From: Octopus bimaculoides
Taxonomy: Eukaryota
NCBI RefSeq assembly: GCF_001194135.2
Contig: NC_068987.1
Span: 55,786,899-55,837,660 of the forward strand
Direction: 5' to 3'
DNA length: 50,762 bases
Shown here: positions 24,208-35,377 of the stretch, one piece after another
Layout: each line of letters opens with the position of its first letter
Position numbering within the stretch: position 1 is the stretch's first letter
The notes under the pieces: model-generated
Told to the model about the DNA's origin: nothing
Databases searched by the model: none
Seen by the model: the letters and a program-made list of their open reading frames with translations, nothing else
Position numbers and translations under genes: made by a program

Positions 24208-26543
24208 TTGCCCGAGAAAAACCATCACACTAGACATAAGTCGGTTATAAATTTATCTAATCTAAAACTTTCGCCCGACTATATCTTAGTCTTAGAGCTT
24301 GGACTGAGTTTTTGCCCAAGCACTAAGAATTTCGACAAGAATAAACTAGCTCGAGGGCTATTTCAGTTTGTCCGCCGCCACAAGCTGAAAGAATATTTTG
24401 AAAAAATTGGTAACGAATGTTTACTAAAAATGATGTCGATGGAATCTGGCATAACTGGATTGAAAAGAATCCCAATTGCTATCCAGATAAAGTTCGGGAT
24501 GGACGTTCACAAGCACTACTGGAATTTCTTGAATCTTGTCAGGCAGGCATTAGAGAAAGCCTTCAAACAAGTGGAAAGAAATCCTGGAATAACCTCGCAA
24601 ATTCCCAACGTTACGCACTCCGACGTCTAGTTAATAACGATTCTATTGTTATTAAGATGGCGGATAAGGGAGGCGCTATTGTAATTATGGACAAAAGTGA
24701 GTACATTTCGGCTTGTGAAGAAGTTTTAAATGACAAAACTTCATATGACGAATTACCTGTCGATCCAAACCCCAGTTACAGAGAGGAACTTGACAAAATA
24801 ATTCTGGAAATGGAGGAAAACAATTTCGTTAATAAGGCTGAATCTAAGATTTTAAGGTCAGAAAGAACACCTGTATTTTATGGTCTCCCTAAAATACACA
24901 AAAAGTTCGAAAGATTTCCTCCAATTTGCAGCGGATATGAATGTTGTACGGCTAAAATTTCGAAATGGCTGGATGGTTTTCTACTCTCCGTCGCAAAACG
25001 ATCAAGTTCGTATATTCGGGATACCTTTGATTTTGTGTCTAGAATCAGCAACTTTTTTAAGCGCCGAGGTTGTATTGAGAACTGTTTTTTGGTAACCATG
25101 GATGTTTCTTCCTATCCCAATATTGATCTCAATGAAGGGGTAGAAGCATGCATGGATGCCTTCAAAGCGGTCAAACAAAAGTATTCCATCAAATTTACTC
25201 TGTAGATTATTGAGGTTTGTGTTAGAAAGTAACACAATGAAGTTTAGACAAAGATTTTACTACCAGGCGAAGGGTTGCGCCATGGGTACCCCCATGGCAG
25301 TTAATTTCGCTAATGTCTTTATGACGAAATTCGAGACACAGTTACGGAAGACATTCAAATCCCTTCATGGTCATGAACCAATACTCTGGTGAATGTTCAT
25401 TGACGGCATATTTTTTGTTTGGGAAGGATCACAGCATAGTTAAATGGACTTTTTGCATTTCTGTGACTGTTATGCTAGAAACTATGGCTTTAATTCCAGC
25501 ATAAAATTTACGTCTAGTGTTTCAAAAACTAGCGTTGAAGTTTTGGACACAAAAGTCAAGTTTTCTGGAGGCAAAATAGTGACAAAGTCATTTTGCAAGC
25601 CCACGTCATCCCACATTTATCTCCACCGCCGCTCCGATCATCCACATCATCTTATTCGGTCAAATCCGAAATCTCAATTTTTGAGGATAAAACGGATTTG
25701 TACTGACATAGGGGATTACTGGAAACATGCAAATGCTTTTGTATGTCATTATGTCAAACGAGGTTACAGTGAATCACAATTAAAGGAAATAGCAAGTGAA
25801 ATAGCTAAGATTAGCAAAGATAGTCAAATCTACGCGCATAATTTTAGCAAACACAATACAATAGATGATAGAATTCCTTTAGTGATTAGCTGGCATCGAC
25901 ATTTCGCTGGCATTTCAAAAGTGTTGCATGAAAGTTACCAGCATGTGGCGATAAAACATCCTCGTTTCAAACAGATATTTCCTCAACCGCCCATTGTAGC
26001 CTTTAGACGGAATAAGAATATAAGAGAATTATTGACCTCTATATCTGACTCCAAGAAAACGAACATTGGAGTTTCTGCATGCTGTGCCTTAAAGAACAGC
26101 CGCAAGAGAGGTAAGCCCTGTTCATTGTGCAACAACATGAGTGAAGTGAATTCCATCAGAAATCATAACAGAAATGTTATGATTTATACAGAAGGTGGAA
26201 CTTGTAATGATTCCCATTTGGTTTACGCTGCAGTATGCACGAAACACAACTTAATTTATGTTGGTTGTACAACAGAACGATTAAACAAAAGGTTTATTGC
26301 GCACAGATTCGACGTCAGGCACAATAACAGTAGTTCGAACTTGCTGAACATTTCGTTTCAAGCGGCTACAGTTTTGAAGAAGACTTGAAAGTACATATTC
26401 TCAGAAAATATTCTGAACCTGCCCCACTTTCACTTCTCAGAATGTATGAGAAGAAATATGTTTGCGGGTTAACATCACGCCCTGGAGGAATGAATAAGAT
26501 GACAGGAGAATATCATCAAATTTATACAAAATTGTTTGATTGA
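24208..26543 (+). pseudogene. PLE RT-GIY-YIG polyprotein, disrupted
   Basis: Pieces in frames 1/3/1 plus a final shift near 26340. Stops at 25390 and 25441. The catalytic motif reads FIDG rather than [YF]IDD. The ORF ends ...YTKLFD* at 26541-26543. Confidence 0.9.
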
Positions 26544-26842
26544 ATATTCTTCTTTCTCTCTTTTTCTTTCCATTTTTTTTCTGTCGTCTTCGTTTTCTAT
26601 TTTTTTTTCTGTCTTTTTCTTTTTGCCTGTTATAAAATTGTAACTTAAAAACTGCTGATGTCATTCCTTCAACGTGTGGATTCTGGTTGCTCTACTTTTA
26701 AATTTCTGAAATTTTGAATTTTTATCACTTGACAGACGTACTGTTGAAATATCGTTCAACTAATAAAATATCTTACAGTCGAATCCCGCTCTTCGTCTTG
26801 ACTGTTTAATAATAAGAAGAGTTACGTCAATCGTTTTTTAAA

Positions 26843-26900
<58 letters not shown>

Positions 26901-26902
26901 CA

Positions 26903-27345
26903 TAATGCCCAATGCAGTACCAGGCAATGACTCTCATGGCTTCTGATCTTAACTGATTGAAAGTGTTATCATGTAGTACATGTTCTGTCTTGGTGAAAAA
27001 GATGCGAGAGCATCATAGCCATGTTTTGAGAGGAATTCTTTGGGGTTGGAATAATTCAGCTCTGGAAACAGGGGTGTTTCGTTCATCAGCCTTAAACAAA
27101 CTTTATTCAGGGAACTTTAGAGCGGGATGGGCTACTAAACCCGAAGAAAATTCTAACTGGGCCCCACCTGCAAGGTCATGCGCTGTTTATCTTTATATAA
27201 GATCATCATGTTACGCACATATGGTTGCGATGCATGTGCCTGGTGTACCCTTATCAGACGGGTAGTCATGATGGGTATACTGGGCTTCGTATATTTGTAC
27301 CCCAGTGTCACTTCGACGACATGCACTGCTCTCTAACTCAGTAAT
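26903..27345. repeat. Interspersed repeat (octopus-type, class undetermined), apparently internally deleted
   Basis: Recognised from memory as a common octopus repeat (taatgccc.atgcagtaccaggca...gggccccacctgcaaggtcatgcgctg...). It is flanked by (AAT)n. No coding signal. Confidence 0.5.
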
Positions 27346-27347
27346 AA

Positions 27348-27496
27348 TACATCGACCTCAGTACGTAACTGATACTAATTTTATCGACTCCGAAAGGATG
27401 AAAGGCAAAGTCAACCTCGGTGGAATTCGAACTCAAAACATAATGGTAGACGAAATACTGCTAATTTCTTCCGGCAAGCTAACGATTCTGCCAGCT
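27348..27496 (-). mobile_element. SINE family B partial copy
   Basis: ttttatcgactccgaaaggatgaaaggcaaagtcaacctcggtggaattcgaactc...aacgattctgccagct matches the other B copies. Confidence 0.75.
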
Positions 27497-27952
27497 AATA
27501 ATAATAATAATAATAATAATAATTCTTTTTTTCTTCTTTTTTTCTTTTTTCTCTTGGTGTGCTTATTTTAATGGCCTATTAATATATACAGTGAGTTTCT
27601 TTGCCCAAGGTGTCGGGAAAACACTCAGCAAGAAAAGGCAACACTATCGAAAAAAGAATTAAAACTCAAAATGATAATGATAAAGATGCCATAATGCAAT
27701 GCTAGACATTGGCTGTTAAAACTTTTAACCATAACTGACTGGAAGTGTTAACACATACATGTTTTGTTTTTGTATAAAAGATAGACTCTGATATCCTCAA
27801 GTGAGCAGGGTCTAACTTTAGTCATCCTAGGAGGCGCATGCATACGGCTATTGTTGCGTCATTCCTTACAATAAGCATATCAACACACACGTGTCAATAA
27901 CAACTGAGAATCGAAACCAATGCAAAGATTCTAATCTATAAAGTATTAAAAA

Positions 27953-28169
27953 TTTATCTTTTATCTTTTACTAGTTTCAATCATTAGACTGCGTTCATGC
28001 TGGAGCATCACCTCGAAGACTTTTTAGTAGAATGAATCGACGCCAGTGCATAGTTCTTGTTAAGCCTGGTACTTATTCGGCCTCGTTTTGCCGAACCGCT
28101 AGGTTACGAGGAAGTAAACTTACCACACCGGTTGTGAAGCTATGGTAAGGGACAGACACAAAGACAAAG

Positions 28170-28200
<31 letters not shown>

Positions 28201-29724
28201 NNNNNNNNNNNNNNNNNNNNNNNNNNNNNNNNNNNNNNNNNNNNNNNNNNNNNNNNNNNNNNNNNNNNNNNNNNNNNNNNNNNNNNNNNNNNNNNNNNNN
28301 NNNNNNNNNNNNNNNNNNNNNNNNNNNNNNNNNNNNNNNNNNNNNNNNNNNNNNNNNNNNNNNNNNNNNNNNNNNNNNNNNNNNNNNNNNNNNNNNNNNN
28401 NNNNNNNNNNNNNNNNNNNNNNNNNNNNNNNNNNNNNNNNNNNNNNNNNNNNNNNNNNNNNNNNNNNNNNNNNNNNNNNNNNNNNNNNNNNNNNNNNNNN
28501 NNNNNNNNNNNNNNNNNNNNNNNNNNNNNNNNNNNNNNNNNNNNNNNNNNNNNNNNNNNNNNNNNNNNNNNNNNNNNNNNNNNNNNNNNNNNNNNNNNNN
28601 NNNNNNNNNNNNNNNNNNNNNNNNNNNNNNNNNNNNNNNNNNNNNNNNNNNNNNNNNNNNNNNNNNNNNNNNNNNNNNNNNNNNNNNNNNNNNNNNNNNN
28701 NNNNNNNNNNNNNNNNNNNNNNNNNNNNNNNNNNNNNNNNNNNNNNNNNNNNNNNNNNNNNNNNNNNNNNNNNNNNNNNNNNNNNNNNNNNNNNNNNNNN
28801 NNNNNNNNNNNNNNNNNNNNNNNNNNNNNNNNNNNNNNNNNNNNNNNNNNNNNNNNNNNNNNNNNNNNNNNNNNNNNNNNNNNNNNNNNNNNNNNNNNNN
28901 NNNNNNNNNNNNNNNNNNNNNNNNNNNNNNNNNNNNNNNNNNNNNNNNNNNNNNNNNNNNNNNNNNNNNNNNNNNNNNNNNNNNNNNNNNNNNNNNNNNN
29001 NNNNNNNNNNNNNNNNNNNNNNNNNNNNNNNNNNNNNNNNNNNNNNNNNNNNNNNNNCCGATGACGCGCAGGTATCGGTGAATAATTGATAGACCAAATT
29101 CAAGCTTCCCTGCTAGTTCCTCAACAGTTACGATGGGATTTTGTTCAACCAGGCTTTGCAGGACGTCTTTGTCGAGCTCTATAGATCTAACAGGACTAGG
29201 CTTGTCTTCTAGGCTGTAATTTCCAGCTCAGAATTTCTAGAACCACCGTTGACATTGGCTTACGTTTATTGTCCGATCCCCATATATTGCATTTCCCATA
29301 TACTCGCACTTTCTGTTTCGTTGTTGCCGTTATAGAACTCATAAAGCAAAATATGCCGAATATACTCCCTTGTCACTTCCATTATAGCTTTGAAAACAGA
29401 ATAACTGTTAAAATCGAACTGCACTCTTCAAAACTTGCACTAAGAATAAATAGAAGGTAAAATTACTACCTGTTATAGGAAGTTGATGCAGGTTGTTTAT
29501 CCCGTCCCCCTCAGACTTTTAGTACATGAAACTGAAAAGCCGCATTATTATTGGGATGACCCAATATATATACGACGGTATATGTATTTCCATCAGCCAA
29601 ATCCACTCATAAGGCTTTGGTCGGCCCGAAGCTATAGTAGAAGACGCTCACATAAGGTGCTACGCAGTGGGATTGAACCCGGTACCATGTGGTTAGGAAG
29701 CAAGCTTCTAACCACATAGCCTCC
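27953..29724 (-). mobile_element. SINE family A copy split by a mariner insertion and a gap
   Basis: The tail/body lies at 27953-28200 and the head resumes at 29567-29724 (tatacgacgg...ccaaatccactcataaggctttggtcggcccg...gggattgaacccgg). Confidence 0.7.
29058..29566 (-). mobile_element. 5' portion of a mariner (DD34D-type) element with left TIR
   Basis: Minus strand: TA|TTGGGTCATCCCAATAATAATGCGG terminus, then EYIRHILLYEF, YGDRTINVSQCQRWF and GNYSLEDKP...LDKDVLQSLVEQNPIVTVEELAGKL...IHRYLRVIG, the mariner HTH region. Truncated by the gap. Confidence 0.85.
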
Positions 29725-30465
29725 TTGTATATAATAATTTTAACCATAGGTCAATATTCTTCGAGCAAATTTGTGGTCAATGTCATTCCAATTGTAGTGG
29801 TTTCGTTGTTTTACTAAACGGTGAGCCCTTTTAACTTCATCATATAAAGATATTTTTTCTCTCTTTTCTAAGATGTTTAGGAATTTGGTTGCTATTTCTA
29901 GGATGTCTAACGGCCGAATAGAGTCTTTGTTGCTGGTTCACCACTTTATATGTAAATGATAGGAGAAATCTTAGTTTGAACTCCGTTGTCTTTTTGCATT
30001 GCAGGAAAAAGAGAATGCAAATTTGTCCAATCTGAAGACAAACAAATGCAATCTAACATGAGTCATTCATCCATATGTGATGTGTGTATGCGTATCTGTC
30101 TGTGCGTGTGTATACATGTATGAACATATGTGTGTGAGTATATATATATATATATGTATATACATGCATGAATACATACACACATATGTGTGTGTGTGTA
30201 TATGTGTGTACGTATTTGTCTATGTGTGTGTGCAGTTGCATATGTCTGGATGCATTTGTATCAGCAGAATAGTTTATTATTTGCTTGGAATACATGAATA
30301 ACTTACATTGGGCATGGAAGTATAGATCGACTGCTTCATTACACCTTCGAACGCCAATTCTTATTCAGGCGGTAATCAGATTAATGAGTTGAAATGAGTC
30401 GAAATCGGCGAAGAATAGCAGAGTAGTGGGAAGAACGTAAATACATTGACAGATAGATAAGATAG

Positions 30466-30535
<70 letters not shown>

Positions 30536-30861
30536 NNNNNNNNNNNNNNNNNNNNNNNNNNNNNNNNNNNNNNNNNNNNNNNNNNNNNNNNNNNNNNNNN
30601 NNNNNNNNNNNNNNNNNNNNNNNNNNNNNNNNNNNNNNNNNNNNNNNNNNNNNNNNNNNNNNNNNNNNNNNNNNNNNNNNNNNNNNNNNNNNNNNNNNNN
30701 NNNNNNNNNNNNNNNNNNNNNNNNNNNNNNNNNNNNNNNNNNNNNNNNNNNNNNNNNNNNNNNNNNNNNNNNNNNNNNNNNNNNNNNNNNNNNNNNNNNN
30801 NNNNNNNNNNNNNNNNNNNNNNNNNNNNNNNNNNNNNNNNNNNNNNNNNNNNNNNNNNNNN

Positions 30862-30913
<52 letters not shown>

Positions 30914-30916
30914 TAG

Positions 30917-30980
<64 letters not shown>

Positions 30981-31038
30981 TTGTAGCCAGACAGAAACAG
31001 AAACGAGAGGAGATAGAAAGTGAGTGAGTGAGTGAGTG

Positions 31039-31094
<56 letters not shown>

Positions 31095-31734
31095 TAAGAG
31101 AAAATGAAGGAGTGAAGCATATTTCAAAATGAATATACATTGGGTTTCGTGAAGAGAAAAGTGTACGAAGGCAAGAGTGAAGAAGAAAGAAACGAAAAGG
31201 ATAATAGAAAAAGTGAAGAGTGGCAAGGGAGGTAAAAGAGGAAGTATTAGAGATGAGCAGGGAAAGGAAATATTAAGAAAAAGGAAAAATTGATGGAGGA
31301 TTATGGAGAAAGCGGGGAACCAAGGCTGTAAATGCCGAGGCGATAAGCGGCAAATGAGAATAGAGCAATATCTAAATGATATTTTGATGTCGAGAAAACA
31401 ATGGAAAGTATTGCGAATCGAATTGTGCGGCAAGAAAAAGTTTGTCGTTCGGCTTTGATTCTCGATTAGCATTACATCACTTCATTTAATTCTCCTAATA
31501 CATCGGAAGAAAGAGAAGAATGTCACAATGTCCCGTTTCTTAAGTGTTCCTGAAATAAAGGACGTCTCTGTATAGGAAAAGTATAAATACAGTTGTGGAC
31601 CGATTCTTTTAATCTCTTTTGATTGCCAAGGTGGAACCGCCTCTCTCCATTTCGGGAAAATATTCTGCATGGAATCTTAGACAGACTGTTGATATAAAAC
31701 TATAGAATTCTCCAGTAAGAACACATTGGAATAC

Positions 31735-31777
<43 letters not shown>

Positions 31778-32535
31778 NNNNNNNNNNNNNNNNNNNNNNN
31801 NNNNNNNNNNNNNNNNNNNNNNNNNNNNNNNNNNNNNNNNNNNNNNNNNNNNNNNNNNNNNNNNNNNNNNNNNNNNNNNNNNNNNNNNNNNNNNNNNNNN
31901 NNNNNNNNNNNNNNNNNNNNNNNNNNNNNNNNNNNNNNNNNNNNNNNNNNNNNNNNNNNNNNNNNNNNNNNNNNNNNNNNNNNNNNNNNNNNNNNNNNNN
32001 NNNNNNNNNNNNNNNNNNNNNNNNNNNNNNNNNNNNNNNNNNNNNNNNNNNNNNNNNNNNNNNNNNNNNNNNNNNCTATGTCACGATGGATTTTTATGTA
32101 TACTTCTTCCCACTTGGATTTTAAATGTTGCCACAATAATAATATGTCTATTCTACTGTAATTTTCTACATTTCTATGCAGCTGAAGATTGCTCTACATA
32201 TTGCATTTAATGTAATGCTCGCATTACTTAAATAAATGGAGTAGCATGAAACGTGCGTACTGCAATCATCTTTAAAATCCGTGTTGCTTATTTTGATTTA
32301 TATATATATGTTATATCGCATTTTATGAGTAACGTATCGATGGTTTGATGGGCCCAACGTGGCAAACATTGGTTCACTGTTATTTACGATGACAAAAGGA
32401 ACAAAGGAGTGTTAACGAAACATGGACAGATCAAATAACTCAAAGTATTCTTACTCGAAAACCCCGGGGTACTTTGTTTTTCTCGTCAATGCTTACATCT
32501 TTTTCTGATATGAATTCATAAAAAAAACATATACA

Positions 32536-32640
32536 TACGAGGAGTTGCTGAAAAGTTCCCGTCATTACGAAATGCCAAGATGGAGGCCCAACCTTCCGTG
32601 TTCTTTTACAGGGCTCAGAAAAAACTGAAGGACTATAAAA
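32536..32640 (+). mobile_element. Mariner-type MITE fragment (one TIR)
   Basis: Begins TACGAGGAGTTGCTGAAAAGTTCC, a mariner-like TIR start. The second TIR is not found. Confidence 0.5.
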
Positions 32641-32959
32641 GATATAGCCTCAATAAATATCTATTTGTCTTACTGATGAAATGTTTCGTTTAGGCGAATT
32701 AGAATGTGCTTTCTGAGGTAGATTTATGCGTGTGTAGTAGCTATGTGTGTCTGTTTGCACACGTGCGCGGGTGTGTGTATATGTATATATTTACATAAAT
32801 ACACACATATATATATATATGTGTCTGTGTATGTATATATATATATACATACATACATACATAAGTACAGAAATAAATTTATTTATCAAACGCGTGATAA
32901 TGCTATAAATAGTGTGATCAGGATAAATTATCCATTTATTGCAGAAAAATACGCTACTG

Positions 32960-33030
32960 GCCAGCCATGAGACTCGAACTCACATCCCTGTGATTACGCG
33001 TCAAGTGTTTTACCATTAAACTAAGCTGCC
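32960..33030 (-). tRNA. tRNA-Thr(CGT)-like sequence, probably a pseudogene or repeat-borne
   Basis: GGCAGCT TA GTTT-AATGGTA-AAAC A CTTGA-CGCGTAA-TCACA GGGAT GTGAG-TTCGAGT-CTCAT GGCTGGC is a 71-nt cloverleaf. D and T arms are good. The acceptor has one mismatch, the anticodon stem has two, and G replaces U33. Confidence 0.6.
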
Positions 33031-33836
33031 CAGCAACGAATTCTTCTGCAATTTTAGAACTTATAAATTTAGCTTCATAAGACGCTAACGTTAAATTCAA
33101 CTTTACGATGAAAGTAAACNNNNNNNNNNNNNNNNNNNNNNNNNNNNNNNNNNNNNNNNNNNNNNNNNNNNNNNNNNNNNNNNNNNNNNNNNNNNNNNNN
33201 NNNNNNNNNNNNNNNNNNNNNNNNNNNNNNNNNNNNNNNNNNNNNNNNNNNNNNNNNNNNNNNNNNNNNNNNNNNNNNNNNNNNNNNNNNNNNNNNNNNN
33301 NNNNNNNNNNNNNNNNNNNNNNNNNNNNNNNNNNNNNNNNNNNNNNNNNNNNNNNNNNNNNNNNNNNNNNNNNNNNNNNNNNNNNNNNNNNNNNNNNNNN
33401 NNNNNNNNNNNNNNNNNNNNNNNNNNNNNNNNNNNNNNNNNNNNNNNNNNNNNNNNNNNNNNNNNNNNNNNNNNNNNNNNNNNNNNNNNNNNNNNNNNNN
33501 NNNNNNNNNNNNNNNNNNNNNNNNNNNNNNNNNNNNNNNNNNNNNNNNNNNNNNNNNNNNNNNNNNNNNNNNNNNNNNNNNNNNNNNNNNNNNNNNNNNN
33601 NNNNNNNNNNNNNNNNNNNNNNNNNNNNNNNNNNNNNNNNNNNNNNNNNNNNNNNNNNNNNNNNNNNNNNNNNNNNNNNNNNNNNNNNNNNNNNNNNNNN
33701 NNNNNNNNNNNNNNNNNNNNNNNNNNNNNNNNNNNNNNNNNNNNNNNNNNNNNNNNNNNNNNNNNNNNNNNNNNNNNNNNNNNNNNNNNNNNNNNNNNNN
33801 NNNNNNNNNNNNNNNNNNNNNNNNNNNNNNNNNNNN

Positions 33837-34069
33837 AAAAGCAAATTGCTGGAATAAGATATATAAAATATCGATTATATGTTATCGATGAGGATCACGT
33901 CGATTGAAAGAATCCCAATGTATTGATTTTTAACCTAGGCATCAGGAAAAGTATTTGTGAGGACGGATATAATCGATTATATCGACTGCAGTACATATTT
34001 TATACACAGAAGGATTCACAGCAAAGTCGATTCTATCGGGATTTGAACTTTGAATGTAAAGAGTAATAA
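33837..34069. repeat. 233-bp direct repeat, copy 1 (copy 2 at 34665-34897)
   Basis: Apparently identical copies 828 bp apart. Copy 1 starts at a gap edge and copy 2 ends at one. Confidence 0.9.
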
Positions 34070-34664
34070 TTAAGTGCTGAAATTCATTTTTGTCTGATCT
34101 TCAACCACTTCATGACCCTTTAAAACAAATCCAGTATATAGTCGAGGCCTGCTAATTTGGTACCCTTAACAGCCACTGGGTATTGCTACGCATTCTTAAA
34201 AAAGAAAAGAAAACCTTTTATTACCAAACCATCAAATATCTTCCGACATCATATNNNNNNNNNNTATATACATATACATATATATACATATATATATATG
34301 CATATACATATATACATATACGCATATGCATACATGTATATGCAGGTAGGTGTGAGTACGAATACACACATACATATATACACACAAGTATACATACATA
34401 CATATATAAGTGTGTGTGTGTATGTGTGCTACACAACTAAGGAAATCCTTGTTCAATAAATTACACAAGATATATTATGATGTAGAGCTTATATACTTTT
34501 ACTTAAAGCATAATTTACCGATTCCTCCTGCTCATAATTCGACGCAATATTAAAACATCCGTATGTCCCCTTTCACACACATTTCAGGCTTTATGCCTTT
34601 ATAAAATATCGTATCTGGCATTTAACTACTCCATCGAAGATAAGAAATTATGTTTATAATTATG

Positions 34665-34897
34665 AAAAGCAAATTGCTGGAATAAGATATATAAAATATC
34701 GATTATATGTTATCGATGAGGATCACGTCGATTGAAAGAATCCCAATGTATTGATTTTTAACCTAGGCATCAGGAAAAGTATTTGTGAGGACGGATATAA
34801 TCGATTATATCGACTGCAGTACATATTTTATACACAGAAGGATTCACAGCAAAGTCGATTCTATCGGGATTTGAACTTTGAATGTAAAGAGTAATAA
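34665..34897. repeat. 233-bp direct repeat, copy 2
   Basis: Same sequence as 33837-34069. It includes a degenerate SINE B fragment. Confidence 0.9.
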
Positions 34898-35326
34898 NNN
34901 NNNNNNNNNNNNNNNNNNNNNNNNNNNNNNNNNNNNNNNNNNNNNNNNNNNNNNNNNNNNNNNNNNNNNNNNNNNNNNNNNNNNNNNNNNNNNNNNNNNN
35001 NNNNNNNNNNNNNNNNNNNNNNNNNNNNNNNNNNNNNNNNNNNNNNNNNNNNNNNNNNNNNNNNNNNNNNNNNNNNNNNNNNNNNNNNNNNNNNNNNNNN
35101 NNNNNNNNNNNNNNNNNNNNNNNNNNNNNNNNNNNNNNNNNNNNNNNNNNNNNNNNNNNNNNNNNNNNNNNNNNNNNNNNNNNNNNNNNNNNNNNNNNNN
35201 NNNNNNNNNNNNNNNNNNNNNNNNNNNNNNNNNNNNNNNNNNNNNNNNNNNNNNNNNNNNNNNNNNNNNNNNNNNNNNNNNNNNNNNNNNNNNNNNNNNN
35301 NNNNNNNNNNNNNNNNNNNNNNNNNN

Positions 35327-35377
<51 letters not shown>

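Larger units (their letters stand above)
23528..26845 (+). mobile_element. Penelope-like element (RT + C-terminal GIY-YIG, Neptune-like Cys linker) with 5' inversion and upstream protease-like domain
   Basis: VINLSNLKLS..VLELGLSFCP, ADKGGAIVIMD, FYGLPKIHK, LVTMDVSS.YPNI, QAKGCAMGTPM, W*MFIDGIFFVW, SDHP, GY, IVAFRRNKNIRELL, LVYAAVCTKHNLIYVGCTT..RF..HR and PGGMN. An AT-rich 3' UTR ends at an (AAT)n array. Confidence 0.93.

Noticed and set aside
24103-25392. In-frame TGA codons in the PLE as possible selenocysteine recoding (as in some Naiad PLEs)
   Set aside because: TAG and TAA stops, frameshifts and a broken catalytic motif (FIDG) co-occur, the TGAs are not at Cys-like positions, and the EN is C-terminal. 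Ordinary decay explains them.
26726-26772. Possible hammerhead in the 3' UTR of the protease-bearing PLE (gacag-acgta-ctgtt hairpin followed by GAAA)
   Set aside because: There is no recognisable CTGANGA and no helix I pairing. It could be a decayed motif but is not supportable from this copy.
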